64,000 bases of DNA, taken from contig OZ176057.1 in NCBI GenBank assembly GCA_964247055.1, positions 2,046,001 to 2,110,000 of the forward strand, in the 5' to 3' direction. This document shows, piece after piece, positions 51,092 to 62,939 of the stretch. The position numbers and the translations under genes are program-made. Under the pieces are notes generated by a model that was given only the letters and a program-made list of their open reading frames with translations, searched no databases and was not told the origin of the DNA. How positions within the stretch are numbered: the first letter of the stretch is position 1; every line of letters begins with the position of its first letter. Origin of the DNA: Paragordius varius (Eukaryota > Animalia > Nematomorpha).

Positions 51092-51510
51092 CCATTATAT
51101 TCCAATTGCACCAAAGTTGGTCTTTAAACTTTTTTAAATTTGAATTTAACCATAATTTTTGCATGTATTTTTAATTCTTTAGTTAACTTATATTTATTCA
51201 TTTAGAGATATTATTTTTTATTCGAATCTATATTTTTATTTCAACTAATTTTTTTCATAAAAAAATTATATATTTTTTTAAATTATATAACCCAGAAAAC
51301 TTATATATTTTTTAATTGAGTTTTAAATATTATTAATACTAATTTTTTTAGAAATTATAAAGATATACGATTTCTGATGATAAAAGTTGATATTGATTTG
51401 ATTTAGGTTATCTAAAGAAAATTAATTGAAATAAAATAGATGATACCCATTTTAATTGTTAAAAGTTAAAAACAAAACAAAAGCGTTGAAGGACCAATTT
51501 GATGTGTTCA
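51092..51510. repeat. Foldback subfamily B1, degenerate copy (approximate)
   Basis: Spacer and residual units (AAGTTGGTCTTTAAAC, GAAGGACCAATTTG) match 21656-22326. Confidence 0.6.
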
Positions 51511-52104
51511 ATAGATAACAATACAAATATATTATTTACAATATAATTTGATAAAAAACCGATTGGTATTGAGCGACTGCCAGTCAACTATGTTTAATTA
51601 TGCGTTATGAAATTTAGGAAAAATGTTTTAAAATGTTTTGTTAATATTCTTTATAAAACATACAATAATAAAAAGGAAAATACTTATAACCTATTACAGT
51701 CTGAGAGTTTAAGTTTCTGTGTAAAAAATTACGGGCACAATCTTGAATGCATCCTTGTTTTCTATATTCACCTCAAAATGACGTTTTTAAAAGATGTCGG
51801 ATAAAAATATTTTAACTAAAAACTAATTATGTGAACTCTGGAATTTTAAAAACAATATAAATAAATCTTACAAGTAAAAATTAAAATGAAATAAGTGATA
51901 TTTAATATATCAACCTCATCTGGACCCTTAATCCACGATTGGTTTGCTAACACAATTTAGGATTTTTAACTTACATTATAACGGGTGAGATAAAATATTG
52001 AGTTTTCAGGGCTCAAACTAGATTCAGGTTAGTTTTGGAAATTGGTGGTTTTGAAAGACTATTCTATTTGAACCATGTTGATATTTAGACATTATTGGTA
52101 CAAT

Positions 52105-52595
52105 TATATCCATTAAACTTCAAGATTGGTCCTTAAAACTTCAAGTTGGTTCTTGACCTTTCAAGTCCTTACAATTTTTTTTGATTTAACCATAATTTTT
52201 ACATGTATTTTTTAATTTTATTAATTTTTATTTTAATTTTTTATTTTATATATATTTTCCTGTTTCAAACTAATTTTTTCAAATTTAACAAAATTATTAA
52301 CTTTTGAATGTTAAATGAAAAATTGTAAATAATAACCCAGAAAACTTATATATTTTTTTGCGTATTATAAATATCAAATAATTTTAGATTAATAAATATA
52401 TACGGTTTCTCAGTTAAAAGTTAATATTGATTTAAAAATTTATGTTAAATAAAAAGGAAATAAGTTAAAAAGGATAAAATAGATGAATGATATAAGATTT
52501 GAATGGTAAAAGTTAAAAACAAAACAAAAAAGTCAAACCAACTTGAAATGTTCAAGGTCTTGAAGTGTTCAAGGATACTCAAGTGCAAATGGTAT
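52105..52595. repeat. Foldback subfamily B1 copy (left end approximate)
   Basis: TTGGTCCTTAAAACTTCAAGTTGG left arm; CTTGAAGTGTTCAAGG..AAGTGCAAATGGTAT right terminus. Confidence 0.7.
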
Positions 52596-52739
52596 ATTTT
52601 AATACTGCTTTTACCAAAACAAGCACCAATATTTATATAATATAATATATATATCTATATTCTAAAATATCAACTTTGAGCAAAAAAATATAATAAAACA
52701 TATTTAATGTATACGAAAATGCGCACAAAATATCACTGT

Positions 52740-53725
52740 GTGCAAAAAAGAGTTTTTACTTGTAAGACCTAGTTTTTGAAATCTTTGTGAAAAAAGGGAA
52801 AATTAAGGATAATTAGAAATAATTAAAAAAATAATGATAAAATATTATTTTAGCAGATATCTTTATTTATAAATAGCCTAAAATTATATAGTTAGGGTTT
52901 TAAAAAATCAAAAATCGCATTTTTTATTTTGCATACTTAAAAGACAATAAATTTCTTATTAAACTATACTAAAATAATGTTTAATTATTTAAAGCTAAAC
53001 TAACTAAAAATCTTAACAGTCATATATCATTCTGTAAAAAACTTATATACCAAAATAAAACAAAATTTTTTTCTTTTTTCATTTTTTTGTCATCTGTTTT
53101 ATGAGAAAATTTACTGTTTTATTTCGGAAACTTACTCCACAAAGTAGTATAAAGTAAATAAATTTATGCAAATAGAATCAAAAAGTAGGGGAATAACCAA
53201 CAATCCCTAATCCTTGTAGGTTTGGTTTGACATAAATTAATATTTTTACTGATTTGTATGGATTTTCGTTGATATTCCTCCAGAATCCTATTTTGTATTA
53301 ATTCATATATTATAATACCATATAATCCAAAATAAAACAGTAAATTTTTTATACATCATAAACCAGATGACAAAAAAGGAAAAAATAAAAACCAATTTAA
53401 TTTTATTTTATAAGTTTTTATATTGAATAAAATATAAATGTTAAGATTTTATAATTTAGTTAGTAAATAATTAAAAAAATTATTTTGTATAGTTTCATAA
53501 AAAATGTCTTTTAAGTATGTATAAAGAAAAACGCGATTTTTTGATCCGAGTTTTCAACTATAGATTTTAGGCTATTTATCAATTATAATTATCTAAAATA
53601 ATAAGAAAAAAAATATCTCATTTATCATTATTTTTAATTATTTTTAATTTTCACTTTTTGCCCAATTTTGATTTTCTTACAATATTTCAAAAGCCAGGTC
53701 GTCACCAAATAAAAATTTTTGCGGC
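52740..53725. repeat. Long imperfect inverted repeat (arms ~52740-53125 and ~53328-53725, ~200-bp spacer)
   Basis: For example TTTTTTGTCATCTG..AAATTTACTGTTTTATTT pairs with AAATAAAACAGTAAATTT..CAGATGACAAAAAA, and TAAATAGCCTAAAA with TTTTAGGCTATTTA. Confidence 0.75.
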
Positions 53726-53805
53726 AAATGAATTCGCTTGTTATAAGCTATATCACGAAAAAAAAATTCGCAACAAATATTTTAAAGCATTATTACATAT
53801 TTTAC

Positions 53806-54309
53806 CACTTATGACCTTTTATTTTTCTAATTGGGATGCCATATTGAGGTAATTTTATATCCTAGAGCTCCATTTTGTAAATAAATCACTGTTTTGAGAG
53901 TTATTTTAGTTAAAATTCAATTATCAAACATTGTTATTTTGTATTTAATTAAATTTTAACTTCTAAAGTCTAGAACTGGCAACTCCAAAACATGATTGAA
54001 TTAAACAGCTGATTATAAAATCATTATTATCAGGTTTTTGATGATAACAAGTAACCTGAAAGCTTACTAAGTCAATTATTTATATTTTTTAGCTATAATT
54101 TATTTGCCTACTGTTTTAGCGATTGAAAAAAAACTAAAAAAATGGCGGAAGAGTTTGACATGAGGATTTTTTAGCAATTTTAAATTTTAAAAAATATACC
54201 AGCACCTTAAAAGCTAAAGAAAGCATATTTGCCCTAAACGCTTGAATATTAAGATATTCGACTCTCAAATCACTCTGGGATGCAAAACTACCCTAACGGC
54301 CATGAAGTG
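53806..54309 (-). mobile_element. piggyBac-like family 2, inverted copy
   Basis: TTAC|CACTTATGACC ... GGCCATGAAGTG|TCAA (degenerate TTAA sites); reverse complement of 56940-57474. Confidence 0.62.
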
Positions 54310-54948
54310 TCAATTAGTGAAATTTGGTTTCAAAACTAAAAGTTATAAAAAAATTTATTATTAGTCATCAGCTTATATTAAATATAATTTTGCTAAAACC
54401 CACATAAAATCATTAAATATATTAAAAGCAAAAAAAATAACTTTATTTCGATTATTAGATACGCTATTAGTATTAAATTTATTTACCCCTCCAAATAGGG
54501 AATTTTCCAAAGGGCAAAAGAGGCGCAGCAATTTTTAATTATAGATATTAAAATTATAAAAATAATTTTTGAAAAATGCATAAAAATATGATTTTTAACA
54601 GCGAATCTATATTTTTTTACTAAGGATTTATACAATATTTGCCTTATTTAAGCTATTTATACATATAGACATCACAACGTAGCTCTCAACAAACAATCAT
54701 ACTCTTCCGGTATATTTAATCATTATAATAAATACAATTTATTTTAATTGTTAACTTCTATATTTCTATTCATTTTGCAGTCAATTGGGTCCAAGTCCAC
54801 CGAATTGCACAAATTATTTGAACTACTAACAAAATATTAAAATAAATTAAAGGGTTTGCATTGAATTTATTAATCAAAATCTCCAGATTAATAATTAACT
54901 CAACTAGAAAATAAAATATTCTGAGTCTCAAGTGTCATTCACTTAGAT

Positions 54949-55254
54949 CTAGATTGTCCAATACAAATGGCTTCGCGGGCCGCATCTTTGAATCCAAAAA
55001 TACACGGAAAGCCGCATTTAAAATATATCTTGGCCCTCTCATAAATATATTAGATTTCAAACATAGAAATGTAAAATGCAGACAATTGTTGCCAATCGGA
55101 TTAACTTATTCATAAAATTTGTTCAGAAATATCAATTTTAACAAGATTTTGTGAACATATGTTTGAAAATTTTGCACTTCCGAAATCGCGCGGGTCACAC
55201 AACATGTCTTTGAGGGCCACATGCGGCTCGTATGCCATGTGTTGGACACCACTG
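54949..55254. mobile_element. hAT (Charlie-like) MITE with 8-bp TSD
   Basis: ACTTAGAT at 54941-54948 and 55255-55262; right TIR TTGGACACCACTG; internal GCGGGCCGCA/GGCCACATGCGGC motifs typical of Charlie-type MITEs. Confidence 0.78.
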
Positions 55255-55934
55255 ACTTAGATTTATTAAAACATGCCTGCTTAAATAAATAACCACTCTT
55301 AAAACTAGCCCTATCACTCCTCCTAACTTATTGGGATTCTTCGAAGAATCTTATCATAATCAAATAAAAAATAGCATTCAGGTACAATATGAGCAGGTGT
55401 TGATAGAGGATTAGCCTCAATAAAATTTAAACGTCTGTAAAAATATCAGGAGTTAATAATACTAATAGCATTAAAGCAGAAAAGGGGATTAGTAAACCTA
55501 CAGTATCCTTTCACGAAAATTTAGAGTCAAAAGAAATTGTAAGAGTGTTGGAAGGAAATCCTAAGGGTTATTTCTACCCGGGCTAAAGATGCATAAATGT
55601 AAAAAAAGCAAATCAAGCTGTTTAAATTTTACTTATCCAAAACGCTAAAAATTACCGTATCTTGTTTTTTTAAGACAGTCAAAATTGGTACAAAAATATT
55701 GTGACGAAAATTTTTTTGATAAATGCTTAAAAATGTTCATAGATCTTTTGGTGTGGCCTTAAAAGTATTTAAAAATTATGACCATTTTTTCCGTATTTGT
55801 TCATATCAAAGATCGTTTCACATATCCTATGTCATCCAAAACTCAACCCCCCTTAGTTTGGCAAAATTTTCACAATCTACTCTTGGCGAAAGCTAAATGA
55901 CAAAAATTATTATTAAAAGATAGCATAAATTATA

Positions 55935-56230
55935 CAAATTACACTCAAATTCACCCTAAAATCAAATTCACCCTAAAATAAATTGTGTTTTTTTAGATTA
56001 AATACTACCTATATTTTTTTATATTTTTAAAAAATAAAAGTTTGTTTGAAATTATATTAATACTGAAAAAATATAAACTAAGCCATAAAGATATATTTCG
56101 CATAATGAGTTTTATTAATCCGAAAATACGTATGTTTTTAGGGTGAATTTGAATTGTTTGAGGGTGAATTTTAATTGTTTAAGAGGGAATTCGAATTGTT
56201 CAAGAGTAAATTTGGATTGTAAAGGGTAAC
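55935..56230. repeat. Foldback subfamily B2 copy (approximate)
   Basis: CAAATTCACCC left units, GGGTGAATTTGAATTGTT right units, spacer like 25524-25905. Confidence 0.72.
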
Positions 56231-56939
56231 TTTTACAAAATATATTTTTAAAATAATTTTAGATGTCGAATCTTAAATTGATCACCTCAAAAATGGGCCA
56301 CCAGTTTGTTAAAATAAATGTAAAATGCCGATAATTTGTGATAACATATTTAATATATGGTAGGTAGATTGTGATATAAAAAATAAAAAAACTATAATTA
56401 GTTTAAAATTTAATTTTTATCAAAATTTTGAGGAAGCGTTGCTTATTATAGTTCTTAACATGTTAGGTGGACACTTCAAATATAAAGATGCTGAACAGAA
56501 ATTATGAAAAATGTTTTTTTGGTGTCAGGGCCACGAACAGATGTGTTTAATAAATTGACTTTGCGGAAAACATTTTAGACATCAGGCGGGCTACATTAAA
56601 ATATATGAACATAGACCGATATTATTCGATCAAATGCTTTGTTTATATTTAAAACCCTGAAAAAAATAATTTAACCCTTCATTAAAAAATGAATCATATT
56701 TGAATTGAACATTATTCTTAATAAATAACTTGAACACTTGAATATAAAATATAATATAATTTACCAAGATTCTAAATAATATATTTTTGAAAACTATAAT
56801 TTTTGGTATCTTGGAAACATTTAGGCGAGTAACAGAGAATGTCGCAGAAAGCCGCATTTAGGACACTCTTATTTAGCATATATTGAAAATTATCATTATT
56901 AACTCCCAACAATTTTTGTGATTTTTGAAAACTAAGCCC

Positions 56940-57474
56940 CTGACCTTTTGGGGTATATTACTCAGAGCCATTTAAAATTTGAATATCTTAAAAAGTATTT
57001 AGGGTATTATGCCGTATTTTAAATATGCTTTTCAGCCTTTTAGGCGCATAATACAAATAATTTTTTTAAAAAAACTTTAAAATTGTAAAAAAAATCCTCA
57101 ACTCATTTTTCGCCGCCATTTTTTTCCGTTAAATTATTTTAAATCGCTAATACAATAGGCAAATAAATGTATATTATGATTAAAAATGTTAATATTTAAC
57201 TTTATTAAGTTTTTAGAATTCTTTTTATCAGCAAAAACTTGATATTTATCGATTATAGCTGATTTTAATCGTAGAGTTATCTCAATTCTATACTCTAGTG
57301 CTAAACTGTAAAAAATATAAAGCTTTTTTTTCCTATACAGGAGGCCAATGTTTAGTAATTATAGTTAAATTAAAATAACTTTCAAAACAGTAGTTTATTT
57401 ATAAGATTAAGCTCTGGGATATAAAACTACCCCAATATGTCATAGTAGACAAAAAATGAAAAGGTCATAAAGTG
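56940..57474 (+). mobile_element. piggyBac-like family 2 (left end approximate)
   Basis: Ends AAAAGGTCATAAAGTG|TTAA; collinear with 33320-33845. Confidence 0.6.
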
Positions 57475-60400
57475 TTAAAAATGGTAAAGCCCACATCTAT
57501 AATTGAAATTTTTATTCATGTATTTTTCCTATTTTAGGAAAAATGGTGGTTTATTTTAAATCTTAATATATTATTTTTTAGCTTTACAGGCCATCAAATT
57601 GAAATGAGATTATAACATTTGCATGTGGCAAAGATAACAATAAGTAATCGTAAAGTCCGATAAGAGAGACTTGCAAGCAAAATCCAGGCAAATTGAAATG
57701 TCAAATTAACCAATTTACATAATAAAGCTAGATAAATTCTACAATTAAATTGAATATAAATTAGGTAAATACAAATGGTCCAATCCCATAACAGTAAATT
57801 CTACTAAAAGTGGCTACACAACATCCATCTGAAATTCAAAATACAAAACAACCAATAATTTTTAAAAAAATAAGGTATATCCACTAGGTATAAATAAAGG
57901 ATTTTTTATAAGAACCAACTCAAGAGAAAAAGTCTAATAAGTACTCAAAAGAACGAAAACTAACAAAAAAGTATAGTCTATCTGAAAGCCGAAGGTTTAA
58001 ACCATAGAATGCCTTTTTTAGTATTTTTTTAAAAAAATTTTATATGTGTTAAAAATTCACTTGAAAAAAAAGACTAAATTTTGACGTTTAAGTCCGTACT
58101 ATTTTTTCCTGTCTGATATTTAAATGACATATTCATATTCAAAAGATAGAGTTTAAAACGCTTTATTAAATGATATTAAGTTTATAATATAATAACATTT
58201 TATTATAAAGTTAAATTTAATTTTCTCTCGATTTTCTCTTGTTTTTGAAAAATTGAAAAACCTATAAAATTTCAAAATTCTGATTGGCGGGATGAAAAAT
58301 TTTTTTAAATTCGGTTTTAAAACACTGAAATTAGTCATAATTTAAGAAGTTTGAGTGGTGGTGCTTAAAAATGTCCAAATTTGTCGACTAGTGTAATATT
58401 TGTAATCTTACTAACAATTTTAATAAAAGAGTGGATCAACCTAATAAACAAATAGAAAATATGGCGTAATAAGATAATCGGACTATATTTTTACCATAAT
58501 TTTTTTATAATATGCATGATGACGTAATTTGCGTATGAAAATACATGATAACAGTTATGACTTAATCTGATTTTACAATTATAGTTTGGTCTCTTTAAAA
58601 ATAACAAACCTTTAACATTTTATTACCTTTTCACTTTTTCGGCCTATTTTACCTATTGATGTAATTTATATCCCTTAGCTCAATTATGTAAATCTGCAGT
58701 TTTGATAGTTATTTTGTTAAAATACAATTATCAAATACTCATGAGAGAAACTTGATAACTGTAATAACAGTTACATAATGCAAATGTAACCGAAAAGCTG
58801 GTTTTCATTCGAAAATACTTAAATTTTGCAGATTAAACGATTTACCCCCTAATTAGCCCGTATAATTAAATTTTTAAAAATAATATATATATATATATAT
58901 TCAATTTATATAAATTGCCTGAAAGCTATTTTAAAAACTACTTGAATACAATTTAATTCCCAAAAACATATTTTCCTTTGGAATTTTTTAATAAATTTAA
59001 ATTGAAATAGTATATTAAAATAGGTATTTGTGCGCACTTGCATTGAAATTTCTTTTTTTACATATAAATAAATTCAATGATTAATTTATCATTACAAAAT
59101 TATATATTTTTCTCAATTTTTAAATATAAATATTAAAACGGTCTCTAATCGTCTCCTACCTAATATCTACATATTTAGGAAATTAATCATATTAGTAATT
59201 AAAAATCATTATTAATTTGTTTTAAATAATTTTCATATGGATAAACATTTTGCGTTTCGTAAAAAACTATAAAATACCATAAAACTTTTAATTTACCATA
59301 TGCTTAATATTTTGGACATAATAAATATTATTATTATGATATTATTGTTATGAGAATATTTTTTAATTTGGTATTAATTATATACTAAAAATAAAGTCAA
59401 ATAATCAAATCGCATCCGTTTATGTTATATAAATATAAAATAGAAGAAAACTTGATGGCCTTCAAAATCTTACAAGCGGAACTTTTTTAAAATATATAAA
59501 ACAAACCAAATAAACCAAAAAAATTTAATTTACAAAATTACACTAGACAACAAATTTTAACTTTTTTTAACTGCCATTCTTTGAAATTTAAAATTTATTT
59601 CATTAAAGTATATAATTAGTATATCTGAAAAGAAAATTGGTCTAGCATGGAAGAATTTTTTTATATTAGAGTTTATCGATAATTTTTGGCCCCAATTTAA
59701 CATTAAACTCGAAATTTCGAAAATTAAAAGTTTTAGATATGAAGCCATGTATTTTATATCATTCGAAAGAGCGCAAAAAGCTGTATCTTTTAAATAGTAG
59801 TAAGTCATTTAAATCAATCGGATGTAAAAGTTATTTGGATTTATATGGTCGAAATTTTCAATCCTTAAATAAGTCGATAATTTTTACAGACAAACTAATT
59901 TAAAAATCCTATAAATTATTTTAATATAATTATTAGGGTTATATTAGTATTTAATTTAAAAAAAATGTTTGAAAAAGCTTTTGGTTTGCTTTTTTAATAA
60001 AAATTATTATTATCATAAATATTTTACCTAGTGGATACCAAAATGTTATAACTGTAAATTTATTACATAATGGCTATAAAAGATCAAAAATACCTTAAAC
60101 TTTGTTTTTATCTTTAAAATTTTGAAATTATCAGCCTTGTAAAGAAAATAATAATTAATATTGATGAGATGGTAATTTTTAAAAAACAAAAAATCTTAAA
60201 AATGGCTGTTTTGAGTGACATAAAGGCAATAATAAAATGTTTTAATCAAAAAAACTTTCTTGTGTTATCTTTTTTGGACATTCATCACCATCTAAACAAA
60301 GTTTGAGCTATTTTCATCCATTAAAAAATATAATAATTAAAAAAAAATGCTCTCGCTTCGCGCGTTTGTCGCTCTTTGTGTCCAATATTAACTGTCGATG

Positions 60401-60708
60401 TAATACATATTAGTATGCATTTTATAGAGTTTTTAGTACTCTTTCGAATGATATATTACAAACTGGCATTACTTGTATATTTTCAAAGAAAAATATTTTT
60501 TAGTAAAATTTTGATAAAGGGGCGCATAATCAAAAAAATCAAATTATACAAAATTCTTTTAACGAGTTATAATTTTTATTTTAGATTTACTGTTAAAATG
60601 ATACTAAATATCAGAAAATTCTAAAAACTCAACTGGCAGAAAAATTTGTTGTCCAGTGTTATTTATTCATTACAAATTATTATTATATTTTTTCGACCAA
60701 AAAAATTA

Positions 60709-60948
60709 ATGATGTGCAAAACTGTGCCATTAAATCCAAACATTAAAATGCCATTGATTGGATGTATGTCAATATATATAATATTTTTTACAAATTTTGT
60801 TTCACAATATAATTTTTTAGTTTGATATTTTATTGTAATCGTTTCAATGTTTGTGAATATATGATAGTTGGAACTTGGATGATAGAAAATGGCCAGGTGA
60901 TACATAAAGTATTGGATTCCGCTCTTGAAGCCGGCTACCGAGCCATTG
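60709..60948 (+). CDS. Aldo-keto reductase, coding exons 1 (60709-60763) and 2 (60868-60948); gene continues beyond the window
   Basis: MMCKTVPLNPNIKMPLIG-F-GTWMIENGQVIHKVLDSALEAGYRAI-(D): the classic AKR N-terminus MPxIGxGTW..ALxxGYRxID; donors gtatgt and gtaagt, both phase 1. No downstream DTA exon found before 64000. Confidence 0.88.
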
Positions 60949-60971
60949 GTAAGTTTATTTAGAATAAGGAT

Positions 60972-61321
60972 ATACCATTTACACTTTAAATTTATCATTG
61001 AATAATTCATATTCACCTTTAAACAATTTAAATTCACCCATAATACATTCAAATTCACCCTTGAATAATTCAAATCACCTTTAAAAATTCAAATTTCCCC
61101 ATAAAAAAGTGTTAAATAATTAAAGTTATATAAATTTTTTGTATTTGTTAAAAAATTAAATTTTGTTTAAAATTAACATATACTGAAAAAATAATAATCT
61201 TTCCAATAAAGAAATAATTTATATCACTGATGATGAGTTATATTAGCCCGAAAACAGATAATACATTTTTAGGATGAATTTGAATTGTTCATCTAGGGTG
61301 AATTTGAGTTGGAAATGGCAT
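60972..61321. repeat. Foldback subfamily B2 copy in AKR intron 2
   Basis: ATACCATTTACAC left terminus, about 5 degenerate AAATTCACCC units, inverted right units, shared spacer. Confidence 0.72.
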
Positions 61322-62939
61322 GCCTAAACTATCTCACAAAACTCTTTAAATAAAATAATGAGGGCTAATTTACACCAATCTCAATAATTGTTTTAACTTG
61401 AACCCATATTACCATATCATATTAATACATCAAATTAAGATATTTTTGATAGATAAATATATATTTTCCATTGGTTAGAAAAGTGATTACATGCTTTATA
61501 ATTCCAGGTTGAACATTTTTTAGAAGTTGAGTCAATCACATGCATTTTTAAAGATAAAATAGCATCTCTAACAAACGTAATGGTAAGTTATTATTTGCAA
61601 TGAATAGGTAAATATAGCTAATATTAAACGAATATTTAACTTTTATTGTGACATTTTCCGGTAACTTAAATCTAAATGCAGCAGGTTTTATTTTTAACGT
61701 TACTAGACCCCCTTAAATCTTTTATTCAACACTTATAATGCTCAATTTTAAGTTGATAATAGATGAATGAATCATTAATTAACTGTAATTATGTTTTATG
61801 GTTCGCTTGTCATAAAAAGCATTAAACGCTGTATTCTTAATATTTGTAGAGAACTTTGTGTGTGTCATTCTCTGGATATAATTTTGTGGGATTTTTTGAA
61901 ATGAAATTACGGTACAGTTTTCTAAACCAAGCAGAGTTCCCGTTGTGTAATGGTTATAAAAAATAAATTTTTATTATGATTTTTAACAAGAATGATCTTC
62001 TACTGGGATCGGAAAAAGGATCGTTTTAGGCTTGTTCTTCCACTATTTTTGCTTCTGAATAATTGTTAAACATATCAAAAACTGTTTAAACTGAATGTTA
62101 CGGTTCAAAATTCGATTAAAATGCTCTTTTTTTGAAAAATCAATTATTTACAATTTATAGAAATTATTTAAACTAAAAGATAAAATACACATATTATGTG
62201 CCATACTTTTTGCGGTAGTTTTACGACCTAGATCAATTTTATAAAACATCATATAGAGGTAATATGATATTGTCAAATATAAAAATATGCATTTTTAGCC
62301 TTCGCATGATTAAAATTTTATTTTTAAAAAATGTAAAAATGTCAGGATATCCTTATCTTAAACTTTCACATTGTCATTTGAACTTAGGTATATAATTAAT
62401 AAAGCTTAAAATTGCAATTTAGCACCCAATTTTTTTAATTATTGATTTAATTCAACTGTTTTTTTGCATTAAGTTTTGGAGGTATTCCTATATGGACTCT
62501 AATAGTAAAACACTGTAAAAATAATTCTATCTAATATTAAAGTATAACGTTTGATAGTTAATATACTGAGTACAAAATTATCCCATAATGTAATTAAATA
62601 AAATGAATAGGTAACGAACTTATAATTATATAAAATATTTTATATATACATGAATTAAATAAAATTCTAACTAATTTATAAATATCTAAAATGGAAATCT
62701 TTGCTTAAGTCTCTAAATCAATTTGAAATTAGTTTTTTACCAGTTTTTGGTGAAGGAAAAAAAGGATTTTGGATTCATACACTGTTATATTTATATTATA
62801 TTATATTATATTTGTGCCATGGAGGAAAATTTTATATGGGTTAAAGAAACATACAATTAATAATTATAGTTTACTAGGGGTATTCATGAGATTTTACCGG
62901 TTTTTAGGTAAAAATACATGTTATTTTGAAATAAATTAT

